Shown here in pieces: positions 22,249 through 33,007 of a stretch of 64,000 bases of DNA (position 1 is its first letter; the number at the start of each line of letters is the position of its first letter). Position numbers and translations under genes: made by a program. Source of the DNA: an uncultured Bacilli bacterium (GTDB lineage Bacteria; Bacillota_I; Bacilli_A; RF39; UBA660). The notes under the pieces are model-generated. The model saw nothing but the letters and a program-made list of their open reading frames with translations. It ran no database searches and was not told the origin of the DNA. The DNA lies in the NCBI GenBank assembly GCA_934148015.1, contig CAKPCU010000004.1:10800-74799 (forward strand). The letters run 5' to 3'.

Positions 22249-22323
22249 AAAAATGTGATAAAAAGGCAAAAAAATACTGTAAAAATGTGATAATATGGTG
22301 AATATTTCTTGCAAAAATGTGAT
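22249..22323 (+). repeat. Three exact copies of AAAAATGTGAT spaced exactly 32 bp apart (candidate regulator sites upstream of proS)
   Basis: Copies at 22249-22259, 22281-22291 and 22313-22323. Confidence 0.6.
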
Positions 22324-22437
22324 TTACGCTATATATATATTTTGTTGCAAGAGAAAAAATAAATGATTAATTGTTTAAAATATAGTATAATGATATTATA
22401 TTAAATAATTATTAGTAAAAATAATTTGAGGTGAAAA

Positions 22438-24129
22438 ATGAGATTAAAACATAGTTATTTTTATACTTTAAGAGAAGAAGTAAAGGATGAAGAGTCTGTA
22501 AGTGGTAACTTATTAGTTAGATCGGCAATGATTAAAAAAGTATCTAGCGGGGTATATATGTATTTACCGTTAGGATATAAAGTTATTAAAAATATAGAAA
22601 AAATAATAAGAGAAGAGATGGAAAATATATCTAGTGGTGAACTTTTAATGCCATCTTTGATACCTGAAGATATTTATATGTCATCTAAAGAAAATGTATC
22701 ACACTTGGATATATTTACGTTAAATGATAGATATGATAAAAGATATGTTCTAGCACCTACTCATGAAAGATTATTCATGCAAGCTGCTTCTTTAAAAATA
22801 AAATCTTATAAAGATTTACCTTTTAGTATATATCAAGTGCAAAATAAATTTAGAGATGAAGAAAAAATAAGATATGGACTTATTAGAATAAGAGAGATAT
22901 TAATGAAAGATGCATATTCTTTTGATATGGATGAAAAAGGATTAGATAATTCTTATAATGAAATGTATAATGCATATAAAAAAATATTTTCTAGAATAGG
23001 TATTAATTATGAAATAGTTAAATCTGCAACCGGATTAACTGGTGGAAGTTTATCTGAAGAGTTTCAAGCTATAACTGATATAGGGGAAGATAAACTAGTT
23101 ATATGTGATAGTTGCTCTTATAAGGTTAACTTTAACATAGCTAAATGTACATTACTAACTAATAAATCTTTAGAAGAAGAAAAAACAAGGGAACTTGTTA
23201 AAACTCCAAATGTCGGTACTATAGATGATGTATCTAATTTTCTTAATGTAAGTAAAGATAAAATAGTAAAAACCTTAATATACGAGATAGATGATAGTTA
23301 TTATGCTGCCTTAGTTAAGGGAGATAATGAAGTTAACGAAGCAAAGTTAAAGAAATTACTTAATGCAAATAAAGTTTCTTTAGCTTCATTTGAAAAGGTA
23401 GAAGAACTAACTAATGCTAATATAGGTTTTGCTGGACCAATTGGACTTTCAATTCCTGTTGTTATAGATAATGAAGTTGCTAATATGACCAATTTCGTAG
23501 TTGGTGCTAATAAAACTGATTATCATTATATAAATGTTAATTTAAGTGATTTTACCTTTGTATTATCAGCAGATATTAGAAATATTACAAAAGATGATGT
23601 TTGTCCTAAGTGTGGGAGAGAAATTAACTTTAAAAATGGTATAGAAATAGGTAATATTTATAAACTTGGAACAGAATACTCAGAAAAATTAAATTTAACT
23701 TATTTAGATAAAGATAATGAAAGTAAATATGTACATATGGGTAGTTATAGTATAGGACTTGATAGGGTGCTTGCAGCAGTAGTTGAACAAAATCATGATG
23801 ATAAAGGTATTGTTTGGCCAATATCAATTGCTCCATTTAAAGTAGCTATAATAGTTGTAAATACTAATGATGAAAAACAAAGTGATTCTGCAAATTACTT
23901 ATATGAGGAACTTAGAAAAAATAATATTTCTACTATTTTAGATGATAGAGATGAAAGAGTTGGTGTTAAATTTAATGATATGGATTTAATTGGAATACCA
24001 ATTAGAATTACTATTGGTAATAAAATAAGTGATGGTATGGTTGAAATTAAGGAAAGAAAAAAAGACACATTTGAAGAAATATCACTATATGATGCATTAA
24101 ATAAAATAGAAGATATAATTGAAATATAG
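22438..24129 (+). CDS. proS: Prolyl-tRNA synthetase (bacterial type with editing insertion)
   Basis: Class II motifs, INS domain, C-terminal anticodon-binding domain. 563 aa. Confidence 0.95.
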   Translation: MRLKHSYFYTLREEVKDEESVSGNLLVRSAMIKKVSSGVYMYLPLGYKVIKNIEKIIREEMENISSGELLMPSLIPEDIYMSSKENVSHLDIFTLNDRYDKRYVLAPTHERLFMQAASLKIKSYKDLPFSIYQVQNKFRDEEKIRYGLIRIREILMKDAYSFDMDEKGLDNSYNEMYNAYKKIFSRIGINYEIVKSATGLTGGSLSEEFQAITDIGEDKLVICDSCSYKVNFNIAKCTLLTNKSLEEEKTRELVKTPNVGTIDDVSNFLNVSKDKIVKTLIYEIDDSYYAALVKGDNEVNEAKLKKLLNANKVSLASFEKVEELTNANIGFAGPIGLSIPVVIDNEVANMTNFVVGANKTDYHYINVNLSDFTFVLSADIRNITKDDVCPKCGREINFKNGIEIGNIYKLGTEYSEKLNLTYLDKDNESKYVHMGSYSIGLDRVLAAVVEQNHDDKGIVWPISIAPFKVAIIVVNTNDEKQSDSANYLYEELRKNNISTILDDRDERVGVKFNDMDLIGIPIRITIGNKISDGMVEIKERKKDTFEEISLYDALNKIEDIIEI

Positions 24130-24134
24130 AAGTA

Positions 24135-24160
24135 AAAGTGGATATTATGCCACTTTTTTT
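24135..24160 (+). terminator. Rho-independent terminator after proS
   Basis: AAGTGG-loop-CCACTT followed by T7. Confidence 0.6.
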
Positions 24161-24229
24161 AAATTTTATTAATAAAAAACGAGGGTTTTAATTATTTTTG
24201 TCGAATAATTATATTGGGAGGATGTTTTT

Positions 24230-25987
24230 ATGGAGAAAATACCATATGATGTGATATCTGATGTTCAAAAAAAAGTCAATATAGTAGATGTTATATCAAA
24301 GTATTTACCTATAGAAAAAAAAGGAAAAAATTATTTTGCTATATGTCCTTTTCATGATGACCACAATCCTAGTATGAGTATATCACCAGAAAAACAAATA
24401 TATACGTGTTTCGTTTGTGGGGCATCTGGTAATGTATTTACATTTGTTCAAAATTATGAAAATATAAGTTTTACAAGTGCTGTCAAAAAAGTTGCTTCCT
24501 TTGTATCTATAGATATTGATGTATCTTTTAATTCGCATATAAAAGAAAATGTATCATCTGCATATGATAAATATTATAAAATGTTTTCTTTGGTTAATAA
24601 AATTTATCAAAATAATATTAAAACTGTTTATGGTAAGAAAGCGATTAATTATTTAAAAAATAGAAATATAACAGATGATATTATAGAAGAATTTAAAATT
24701 GGTTTATCTCTTAATGATAACTCAGTCTCAAAATTATTAGAGTCTAAAAAGTATCAAAAAGAAGAGATGGTAGACATTGGATTATGTGGCATTAAAGATA
24801 ATTTTACTTATGATATATTTAGAGGCAGAATAATGTTTCCACTAGAAGATGATAATGGAAGAATAGTTGGATTTTCTGGAAGAATATATGATAGTTCTTC
24901 TGATAATAAGTATGTTAATTCTAAAGAGTCTGTCATATTTAAAAAGGGTAAGCTATTATATAATTATAAAAGGGCATTGGCGTATGCAAGAGAAAAAGAT
25001 TATGTAATAGTTGTTGAAGGTTTTATGGATGTTATAAGACTTTATACAATAGGAATTAAAAACGTAGTAGCTACAATGGGAACTGCTATTACTAGTTACC
25101 ATGCTAAACTAATTAGAAGGTTATCTAAAAACATAATATTATGTTTTGATGGAGATAAAGCTGGAGCTAAAGCAACAAAATCTGCTCTAAAAGAACTAGA
25201 AAAAATAGACTTAGTTCCTAAAATAATTAGATTAGAAGATGATTTAGATCCAGATGATTATATTATTAAAAAGGGTAAGGAATCATTTATAACGCATTTA
25301 AATAATCCGATGACTTCACTTGCATTTAAATTAGAATCTGATAAAAAAAATATAGATTTTAATGATTATAATGATATATCAAAATATATATCGAGTATAG
25401 CTAGTGAGTTAGAAAAAATAGATGATAAAGTTGTTTTAGAATTAACGTTAAAAAAAGTATCTAAAGAAACTAATGTTGATGTTGAAACGATAAGATCTTT
25501 AATAAAAAATAATGCAAAAGAAGAAAAAAAGATAATAGATAAGCCTAGAATGTTAAGAAAAAATAAATATGAGAAGGCTGAAGAATACTTAGTTTATTAC
25601 ATGCTAAGAGATACTAATGTAATAGATATATATATTAATAAAATATCTTATTTAAGTAATAAAGTTTTAGGAAGAATTGTTAATAAAATACTTGAATTTT
25701 ATGATAAAAAGCATTATATTAATGTAACTGATTTTACTTTGTATTTAGAAGATGATACCGAGCTAATAAATGAAGTATTAAGAATAGATTCTTATGAAAT
25801 GCCTTCCTTAGTAAATAACTCTGTAATAGATGATTATATAAATACTATAGATGATGGAATAATAAAAAGAGAAATTATTAAAACTAAAGAAAGTATTAAA
25901 ACTGAGGGAGATATTGCTAAAAAAATAATATTACTAGATAAATTGCAAAAACTAAAAAAGAAGGAGTATAATTATGGGAGAAATTAA
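24230..25987 (+). CDS. dnaG: DNA primase
   Basis: Zinc ribbon [34 protein letters not shown] and TOPRIM domain ([16 protein letters not shown]). Confidence 0.96.
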   Translation: MEKIPYDVISDVQKKVNIVDVISKYLPIEKKGKNYFAICPFHDDHNPSMSISPEKQIYTCFVCGASGNVFTFVQNYENISFTSAVKKVASFVSIDIDVSFNSHIKENVSSAYDKYYKMFSLVNKIYQNNIKTVYGKKAINYLKNRNITDDIIEEFKIGLSLNDNSVSKLLESKKYQKEEMVDIGLCGIKDNFTYDIFRGRIMFPLEDDNGRIVGFSGRIYDSSSDNKYVNSKESVIFKKGKLLYNYKRALAYAREKDYVIVVEGFMDVIRLYTIGIKNVVATMGTAITSYHAKLIRRLSKNIILCFDGDKAGAKATKSALKELEKIDLVPKIIRLEDDLDPDDYIIKKGKESFITHLNNPMTSLAFKLESDKKNIDFNDYNDISKYISSIASELEKIDDKVVLELTLKKVSKETNVDVETIRSLIKNNAKEEKKIIDKPRMLRKNKYEKAEEYLVYYMLRDTNVIDIYINKISYLSNKVLGRIVNKILEFYDKKHYINVTDFTLYLEDDTELINEVLRIDSYEMPSLVNNSVIDDYINTIDDGIIKREIIKTKESIKTEGDIAKKIILLDKLQKLKKKEYNYGRN

Positions 25988-27062
25988 AACATTTGAGCAA
26001 AGAAAAAAAGAATTAATAGAAAAGGGTAAGAAAACTGGTATTTTAACTTATGAAGAGTTAGCTGAAAGCTTAAAAGGTCTAGAGTTAGATAGTGATTCAT
26101 TAGATGATTTATATAATGCTTTTCATGAGAATAATATTGAAATTATATCAGAGGATTTTTCTGATGAGGATGATGCAGCTGATGACGGAGATATGCTTGT
26201 AATAGAGGATGTTGAGTTACCTAAGAATGCTAATATAAATGATCCTGTTAGGATGTATTTAAAAGAAATTGGTAAAATAAGTTTACTTAGTCAAGATGAA
26301 GAACTTAAAATATCTAAAAGGGTAGAAGAAGGTGATGAAGAAGCTAAAAGACTTCTTGCTGAATCTAACTTAAGATTAGTTGTATCTATTGCAAAACGTT
26401 ATGTAGGAAGAAATTTATCATTTTTGGATTTAATTCAAGAAGGTAATATTGGACTTATGAAGGCAGTAGATAAGTTTGATGCATCTAAAGGTTATAAGTT
26501 CTCTACTTATGCAACATGGTGGATAAGACAAGCTATAACTCGTGCTATAGCAGACCAAGCTAAGACTATTCGTGTTCCTGTTCATATGGTTGAAACTATA
26601 AATAAATTAAAGAGAATACAAAGACAATTAACGCTAGAATTAAATAGAGAACCAACTGAAGAGGAAATAGCTAAGAAAATGGGTACTACTGAAGAAAAGG
26701 TAAGAGAAATATTTAAGATATCTCAAGATCCACTTTCTCTAGAAACACCTATTGGTGAAGAAGATGATTCTCACCTAGGAGACTTCCTTAAAGATGAAAG
26801 TTCTATGAGTCCTGAAGAATATGCTATAAATGAAGTATTAAAAGATGAAATAGAAGAAGTATTATGTACCCTTACTCCAAGGGAAGAAGAAGTGTTAAAA
26901 CTTCGTTTTGGTCTTAAAGGTGGAACTTGTCATACACTAGAAGAAGTTGGTAATATGTTTGGTGTAACAAGAGAAAGAATTAGACAAATAGAAGCTAAAG
27001 CCCTTAGAAAATTAAGACATCCTTCTAGATCTAGAAAGTTAAAGGATTATTTAAGTGATTAA
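25974..27062 (+). CDS. sigA: Primary sigma factor SigA/RpoD
   Basis: Regions 1.2-4.2 present, including [18 protein letters not shown] and [20 protein letters not shown]. Confidence 0.97.
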   Translation: MGEIKTFEQRKKELIEKGKKTGILTYEELAESLKGLELDSDSLDDLYNAFHENNIEIISEDFSDEDDAADDGDMLVIEDVELPKNANINDPVRMYLKEIGKISLLSQDEELKISKRVEEGDEEAKRLLAESNLRLVVSIAKRYVGRNLSFLDLIQEGNIGLMKAVDKFDASKGYKFSTYATWWIRQAITRAIADQAKTIRVPVHMVETINKLKRIQRQLTLELNREPTEEEIAKKMGTTEEKVREIFKISQDPLSLETPIGEEDDSHLGDFLKDESSMSPEEYAINEVLKDEIEEVLCTLTPREEEVLKLRFGLKGGTCHTLEEVGNMFGVTRERIRQIEAKALRKLRHPSRSRKLKDYLSD

Positions 27063-27729
27063 TTTATCAAAAAGATTATCTGTTATAGCAGATATGATAA
27101 CAGATAGTAATATTGTAAATGATATTGGGTGTGATCATGCACTTTTAGATATATATCTTTTACAAAGTAAAAAAGTAAAAAAGGTGGTAGCTTCTGATAT
27201 AACACCTGGAGCTTTAAATCAAGCTAAAAGTAATGTTAAAAAGTATGATGTAAAAGAAATAGATTTAAGATTAGGTGATGGGTTAAATACCATAAATGAT
27301 AGTGATAAAGTAGATACAGTTGTATTATCTGGTCTTGGTAATATTAAAATAAATAATATTTTAAATGAAAATAAAAAGCTACTTAATAATATTAATACTA
27401 TTATTATTCAGTCAAATACTATGCCTGATATGATAAGAAGTGAAGTTATAAAATTAGGTTATAAGATAGATGATGAAAGACTAGTTCTTGAAAATAATAT
27501 TATTTATGAAATAATTAAATTTACTAAAGGATTTAAAAAATATAGTAAAAAAGAAATATATTATGGACCTATTTTATTAAAAAATAAAAGTGAATTATTT
27601 TGTAAAAAGATAAATAAAGAAATAGAAAAGCAAGAAAATATATTAAATAGATTACCAAAGAATAAAAGATTAGAAAAATTAAAAATAAAAAGATTTATAA
27701 GAAAATTAAAAAAAGAAATAAAAAAATAG
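27055..27729 (+). CDS. trmK: tRNA (adenine22-N1)-methyltransferase TrmK (YqfN)
   Basis: [34 protein letters not shown] matches the YqfN pattern. Located downstream of sigA as in Bacillus. GTG start. Confidence 0.8.
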   Translation: MINLSKRLSVIADMITDSNIVNDIGCDHALLDIYLLQSKKVKKVVASDITPGALNQAKSNVKKYDVKEIDLRLGDGLNTINDSDKVDTVVLSGLGNIKINNILNENKKLLNNINTIIIQSNTMPDMIRSEVIKLGYKIDDERLVLENNIIYEIIKFTKGFKKYSKKEIYYGPILLKNKSELFCKKINKEIEKQENILNRLPKNKRLEKLKIKRFIRKLKKEIKK

Positions 27730-27759
27730 TATGCTTTTGATTAATAGCGTACTATTTTT

Positions 27760-28134
27760 TTAAATAAAGAATGTTGGATTAGGTACATTGTTATTAATAT
27801 TGTTACTAATATCATTACTTATTTCATTATTAATAGAAATTTCATTAGCTAAGTTAGTATCATTACTACTTATATTAGAATTACTATTTCCCATTTTAGT
27901 AAACTCTCTTCCTATTTTTCCTACCATCTTAATATTATTAATAACTGGTTTTACTTGTCTATAAAGGGGTATTGCTTGATTAGCAACATTAAGTGCTTTG
28001 CTAGCACCTGATAATATATTTGAAAAATTTAATTTACCAAGTAATCCAGTTATACCTGTTTTAGCACCAAGCATGTTGGATGCACCAACGTATGGATAAG
28101 GATTTGTCATCATATAAGGAATTTGTCCATACAT
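27760..28134 (-). CDS. YqfQ/VrrA-like low-complexity protein
   Basis: ATG 28134 follows AGAGGTGA. N/S-rich tail and a central ..AIPLYRQVKPVINNIKMVGKI.. segment resembling YqfQ. Weak call. Confidence 0.4.
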   Translation of the reverse strand: MYGQIPYMMTNPYPYVGASNMLGAKTGITGLLGKLNFSNILSGASKALNVANQAIPLYRQVKPVINNIKMVGKIGREFTKMGNSNSNISSNDTNLANEISINNEISNDISNNINNNVPNPTFFI

Positions 28135-28266
28135 ATAAATCACCTCTAGTATAATATATGTTTTTATCCTAAATAAGTTTAAAATTTACATAAATTATTT
28201 TTTAGTATTTAAATTTATTATATTTATGATATAATAAATTATAGAATAGAAGAGGATGTGAGTTAA

Positions 28267-30000
28267 ATGAACGGTGCACAAATACCAAATAATGGTAGTA
28301 ATTTAAATAATGTTAATAACATGAACAGTAGTGTAAATAGTAATAATGTTAATACATCTAATAATATAAGTAATACTCCAAATACTAACAACTTGGATAA
28401 AAGAGCACTTGAAGAACAAAAAAGAAGAGAAAATATTGCTAAAAAACAAGCTGAATTTAATAAATATGTTCAAAAAGCTAGACAAGATGAAGCTAGAAGA
28501 TTTGAAGAACAAAAGAAAATTATCGCTGAAATGCAAAAGAAACAGCTTGAAGTAAATAAAAAAGAAGAAGAAAAAAAGAAGAAAATAGCCGAGATAGATG
28601 CTAAAAGTAAGAAAAGACAAAAACAATTGGAAGAAAGTGCCTCATCTAGTAAATTTAGTGATAAACTAAAAGCTTGGTATTTAAAAGCTTCTACACCTAA
28701 ATATAATGAACTTGAACTTAAGGCTAAAAAAGCTGTTTTAGAAGAACAATTTAAAGATGATAAAAATAATTTAGCTAGATTAAAAACACCAATACTATTT
28801 AAGTATAAAGCTAAAACACCAGATGGTAAGATAGTAACTGGTACTATGGATGCACTATCTAGAGTAGATATACATTCCTTTTTAACTCAGGAAGGTTATG
28901 AAGTATATGAAATATATGCCGTTAAGAATTCTTCTAATATAAACATAATGTCATTTAAGTTTAAAATATCTAAGCTTATATTCTGCTTATCTCAGTTATC
29001 TGCTTATTTAAAAGCTGGTATTGCTCTTGCTGATGCTGTTAAGTTAATTGAAAATCAAACTAAAAGCATGAAAGAAAAGAGAGTATGGAGAGCTGTTTAT
29101 TATGATTTATCAATGGGTGATAATTTATCTTCTGCTCTTGAAAAAAGAGGTAATGCTTATCCTAAGTTACTAATTAACATGATTAAAACAGCAGAGATGA
29201 CTGGTAATTTACCTGAAACTTTAGATGATATGATAGATTATTATACTGAAACTGAAACTACTAGAAAGCAAATGATTTCAGCTTTAATGTATCCTACAAT
29301 AGTTGTTATATTCGCAATAGCTGTTATAGTATTTATGCTTATATATATAGTTCCTAGTTTTGCTGGTATATTTAAAGATATGGGAACTGATGAAATTCCA
29401 GCTATTACTACATTCTTACTTAATTTAAGTGACTTTTTAGGTAAATATATACTTCAAATATCTATAGGTGTATTTTCAGTACTTCTTATATTTACACTTT
29501 TATATAAATACTATAAACCAGTTAGAAAAGTTCTTCAAATATTTGCAATGAAACTTCCTGTAATAGGTAATATAATTATATATAATGAAGTTACAATGTT
29601 TTCTAAGACATTTGCTAACCTTTTAAATCATAATGTATTTATAACAGATTCAATAGATGTATTATCTAAAATTACATCAAACGAAGTTTATAAGAAACTA
29701 ATTCATGATACTTCTGTTAATTTAACTAAGGGTGAATCTATTTCAGCATCATTTAAAGATCACTGGGCTTTTCCTTATATAGCATACCAAATGATATTAA
29801 CTGGTGAAAAAACTGGTAGGTTAGGACAAATGATGGAAAAAGTATCACAGTATTATCAAGAACAACATAGGACTTTAGTTAACCGTTTAAAGACTTTAAT
29901 TGAGCCTATATTAATAGTTGGTCTTGCTGTTATAGTTGGTGGTATACTTCTTGCAATAGTAGTTCCAATGTTCTCATTATATGATCAAGTATCATCATAG
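28267..30000 (+). CDS. pilC: Type IV pilus/T2SS platform protein (GspF/PilC family) with ~175-aa N-terminal extension
   Basis: Two GspF repeats and three TM segments from about aa 178 (FKYKAKTPDGKIVTG..). Residues 1-177 are Asn-rich, then K/E-rich coiled coil. Confidence 0.9.
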   Translation: MNGAQIPNNGSNLNNVNNMNSSVNSNNVNTSNNISNTPNTNNLDKRALEEQKRRENIAKKQAEFNKYVQKARQDEARRFEEQKKIIAEMQKKQLEVNKKEEEKKKKIAEIDAKSKKRQKQLEESASSSKFSDKLKAWYLKASTPKYNELELKAKKAVLEEQFKDDKNNLARLKTPILFKYKAKTPDGKIVTGTMDALSRVDIHSFLTQEGYEVYEIYAVKNSSNINIMSFKFKISKLIFCLSQLSAYLKAGIALADAVKLIENQTKSMKEKRVWRAVYYDLSMGDNLSSALEKRGNAYPKLLINMIKTAEMTGNLPETLDDMIDYYTETETTRKQMISALMYPTIVVIFAIAVIVFMLIYIVPSFAGIFKDMGTDEIPAITTFLLNLSDFLGKYILQISIGVFSVLLIFTLLYKYYKPVRKVLQIFAMKLPVIGNIIIYNEVTMFSKTFANLLNHNVFITDSIDVLSKITSNEVYKKLIHDTSVNLTKGESISASFKDHWAFPYIAYQMILTGEKTGRLGQMMEKVSQYYQEQHRTLVNRLKTLIEPILIVGLAVIVGGILLAIVVPMFSLYDQVSS

Positions 30001-30011
30001 GAGGTTATAAT

Positions 30012-30794
30012 TTGACTTTAGAAGTTTTAATAGGAACCATAATATTTATATTTGGACTAGTATTTGGTTCCTTTTATAATGTAGTAGGGTATAGACTACC
30101 TAACAATATGTCTTTAATATATCCTAATTCACACTGTCCAAAATGTAATCATGAACTTAAGTTTTATGAATTAGTTCCTGTTTTGTCTTATATATTTTTA
30201 GGTGGTAGATGTAAAAAATGTAAAGATAAAATATCTATAAAATATCCTATATTTGAACTTTTAACAGGTATATTGTTTTTATTATCATACATAGTATTTG
30301 GTTTAAATATAAAGTTTTTTATAGCAATAACATTTATATCAGTTTTAATAGTTATAACAATTAGTGATATAGAAAGCTTTATAATTCCAGATGAGGTTTT
30401 AATAACTGGGGTAATACTAATTATAATAGAATTAATTATTAAAATGCGTTTAGAAAATCTAAATGTATTAGAAGGACTTATTTATCCAGTATTAAATGGT
30501 ATTGCATCATTTACATTATTATATTTATTTAAATTATTTGGAGATAAAGTATTTAAAAAAGAAAGTTTAGGTGGGGGAGATATTAAATTATTGTTTGTTA
30601 TAGGTTTAGTATTAGGTTTTGATATGTCTATAGCATCAGTTTTTTTAGCTTCATTTATAGCACTACCATTATCTATTGTAAGCTTAATAAAAAATGATAA
30701 TAATATAATACCATTTGGACCATACTTATCACTTGCAAGCGTTATAATACTTCTTTTGGAATTAAATATAGATAAAATACTTATGTTTATATAA
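30012..30794 (+). CDS. pilD: Prepilin peptidase (A24 family, PilD/ComC)
   Basis: N-terminal CPKCNH..CKKCKD zinc motif, polytopic, catalytic GGGDIKL. TTG start. Confidence 0.9.
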   Translation: MTLEVLIGTIIFIFGLVFGSFYNVVGYRLPNNMSLIYPNSHCPKCNHELKFYELVPVLSYIFLGGRCKKCKDKISIKYPIFELLTGILFLLSYIVFGLNIKFFIAITFISVLIVITISDIESFIIPDEVLITGVILIIIELIIKMRLENLNVLEGLIYPVLNGIASFTLLYLFKLFGDKVFKKESLGGGDIKLLFVIGLVLGFDMSIASVFLASFIALPLSIVSLIKNDNNIIPFGPYLSLASVIILLLELNIDKILMFI

Positions 30795-30821
30795 AGTTCT
30801 ATTTTTAAAATAGAGCTTTTT
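30794..30821 (+). terminator. Terminator after pilD
   Basis: AAGTTCTATTT-TTA-AAATAGAGCTT (one G-T pair) followed by T run. Confidence 0.55.
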
Positions 30822-30859
30822 AAATTGTAACTCTAGTAACTGTTTTTAAAAAATAAAAA

Positions 30860-30883
30860 ATGCCCAATTTTTTACTAGGGCAT
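30860..30883 (-). terminator. Terminator after pilB (minus strand)
   Basis: ATGCCC..GGGCAT stem; on the minus strand it is followed by a long T run (complement of 30846-30860). Confidence 0.55.
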
Positions 30884-30889
30884 TTCTTT

Positions 30890-32308
30890 TTATATATCTA
30901 ACATTTCTGCATCAGAATTATTTCTTATATTACTAGGTGTTTGTTGCATATTTATATTATTATTAATCTGATTATTTAAAGTAGGAGTATTTCCTATGGC
31001 TGCATTATTATTTGTTGCTATATTAATATTAGGTACTGTATTAGTATTTGCTGCTATATTAGTAGTTCCATTATTATTTGCATTAGATGCCTTTATTTCT
31101 CCTTCTAGTACTATTTTTGTTGAAGAATCATCTAAATCTACAATTCTAAGTATTTCTTCTATAGTAGTAACATTTTGAAGTACTTTAGCTAAACCATCTT
31201 GAAGAAGAGTTTTAGTATCACCTGTATAAACAAGTTTTCTTAATTCTTCTTTAGGTACTTCATTTGCTATAGCATCTCTTATTTCTTGATTAATAACTAA
31301 TACCTCATGTATAGCGATACGACCTTTATAACCACCAACACATTCAGGACATCCTTCAGCGTAAGCAAGTTCATTTATATCTATACCTAAATTAGCTTTA
31401 ATTAGCTTTTTTTCATATTCAATAGCAGGTCTTTTTTTCATACAATGTGGACAAATTCTTCTAGCTAATTTTTGTGATACTATACCATTTAATGAACTAG
31501 CTAAAAGATAAGTTTCAACTTCCATATCAGTTAAACGTTCAATTGTATTTAATGCATTATTAGTATGAAGTGTAGATAGTACTAAGTGACCAGTAATAGA
31601 TGCTCTAACTGCTATTTTAGCTGTTTCATCATCTCTTATTTCTCCGATCATTATTATATCAGGGTCTTGTCTTAAAATAGAACGAAGTACGTTAGCAAAC
31701 GTAAGACCAATTTCACTATTAACTTGTATTTGGTTAATACCATCAATACCCATTTCAACTGGATCTTCAACGGTAACTAGATTAACTTCAGGAGTGTTAA
31801 GTAACTGTAAAAGAGAGTATACAGTAGTAGATTTACCAGAACCAGTAGCACCAGTTACTAATATAATTCCATTTGGTTCTTTAATTAAATCTTTCATTTT
31901 TCTTAAATTATCAGGAGAAAATCCTAAACTTTCAAGACCTTTAAGTGAAGCTGTATAATCAAGTATACGAATAACTATTTTTTCTCCTTCATTAGTAGGA
32001 AGAGAAGATACACGCATATCTAAATTTATATCACGAATAGTAGTTTTAATAGCACCATCTTGAGGAAGTCTAGACTCTGTAATATCCATACCAGATATTA
32101 TTTTTAATCTAGCTACTAGATTTTTTCTTATGTTTTCTGGAATAATTGCATAATCTATTAAAATACCATCTATTCTAAATCTAACCTTTATATGATCTTC
32201 ATATGGATCAAAGTGTATATCACTAGCACCAGATTCAGCAGCACTATATAATATTTCAGTAACTACATCTGTTATTGGTAATTTAGTAAAATCTATTTGT
32301 TTTAACAT
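30890..32308 (-). CDS. pilB: Type IV pilus assembly ATPase (GspE/PilB/ComGA family) with Asn-rich C-terminal tail
   Basis: Walker A GATGSGKST, Asp/His boxes, tetracysteine CPHC..CPEC. The last ~80 aa are N/T/I low complexity. Confidence 0.92.
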   Translation of the reverse strand: MLKQIDFTKLPITDVVTEILYSAAESGASDIHFDPYEDHIKVRFRIDGILIDYAIIPENIRKNLVARLKIISGMDITESRLPQDGAIKTTIRDINLDMRVSSLPTNEGEKIVIRILDYTASLKGLESLGFSPDNLRKMKDLIKEPNGIILVTGATGSGKSTTVYSLLQLLNTPEVNLVTVEDPVEMGIDGINQIQVNSEIGLTFANVLRSILRQDPDIIMIGEIRDDETAKIAVRASITGHLVLSTLHTNNALNTIERLTDMEVETYLLASSLNGIVSQKLARRICPHCMKKRPAIEYEKKLIKANLGIDINELAYAEGCPECVGGYKGRIAIHEVLVINQEIRDAIANEVPKEELRKLVYTGDTKTLLQDGLAKVLQNVTTIEEILRIVDLDDSSTKIVLEGEIKASNANNNGTTNIAANTNTVPNINIATNNNAAIGNTPTLNNQINNNINMQQTPSNIRNNSDAEMLDI

Positions 32309-32447
32309 AAATACCTCCCCTTATTATTCCTTTATACTTTTATAAAAATAAAATCATTATTATTCTTATCTTTACTCTAGATTTTATTATAATAATATTA
32401 TATAATATATTTTAGAAGATATCAAGTATTTGAAAGGGTGATAACTA

Positions 32448-33005
32448 GTGAAAAAGAATAATAAAGGTTTTTTCTTAGCAGAAACAATAGTAGTATTAGC
32501 TCTTGTTACAACAGTAGTAGTCTTTGTATCTGCAAACGTACCTAATCTTTATAAAAATTATAAATTACAAATAGAAAGTTATGATAGAACAGAAGATATA
32601 TATTTACTTAAGGCTATATATGAAGCTAATGAAGAAAAAATAAAGAAAGCTACAGAAAGTGATTGTTCCGGCACTGAAATAGGAGCTAAAATTTATAATA
32701 ATGGAGAGTTGCCATCTTCAGGTGGAGATAGCACTGGTGCTGGATATTATTTTGAGAATGATGATTTGAAACTACCAAACGACTATAAATTCGACAGTAA
32801 ATTTTATCTTACTAGTTATTTAGTTACACCTTCTGTATCTGGAGATTATAACTTTAACAAATATTTAAAAAGAGTGAGGAAGACATCTAACTTTCAAACT
32901 GATTATAGATTAATTGGAAAACTAGTAAATGGTGGTAAAATTACTTATGCATCAATAAGGATTGATAATCCAAATCCTAATAGAAGATGTAATCTTGGAG
33001 GCTAA
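32448..33005 (+). CDS. Minor pilin-like protein (prepilin-type N-terminus)
   Basis: MKKNNKG|FFLAETIVVLALV has Gly-1 and Glu+5. GTG start after AAGGGTGA. Confidence 0.7.
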   Translation: MKKNNKGFFLAETIVVLALVTTVVVFVSANVPNLYKNYKLQIESYDRTEDIYLLKAIYEANEEKIKKATESDCSGTEIGAKIYNNGELPSSGGDSTGAGYYFENDDLKLPNDYKFDSKFYLTSYLVTPSVSGDYNFNKYLKRVRKTSNFQTDYRLIGKLVNGGKITYASIRIDNPNPNRRCNLGG

Positions 33006-33007
33006 TT

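Noticed and set aside
22222-22437. T-box riboswitch, or a leader peptide (23-codon ORF from 22295), regulating proS
   Set aside because: No specifier loop or T-box consensus was recognisable. The small ORF lacks an RBS and contains no proline codons.
28303-28626. 107-aa antisense ORF inside the pilC 5' extension
   Set aside because: F/L/S low-complexity mirror of the K/E-rich sense frame. No RBS.
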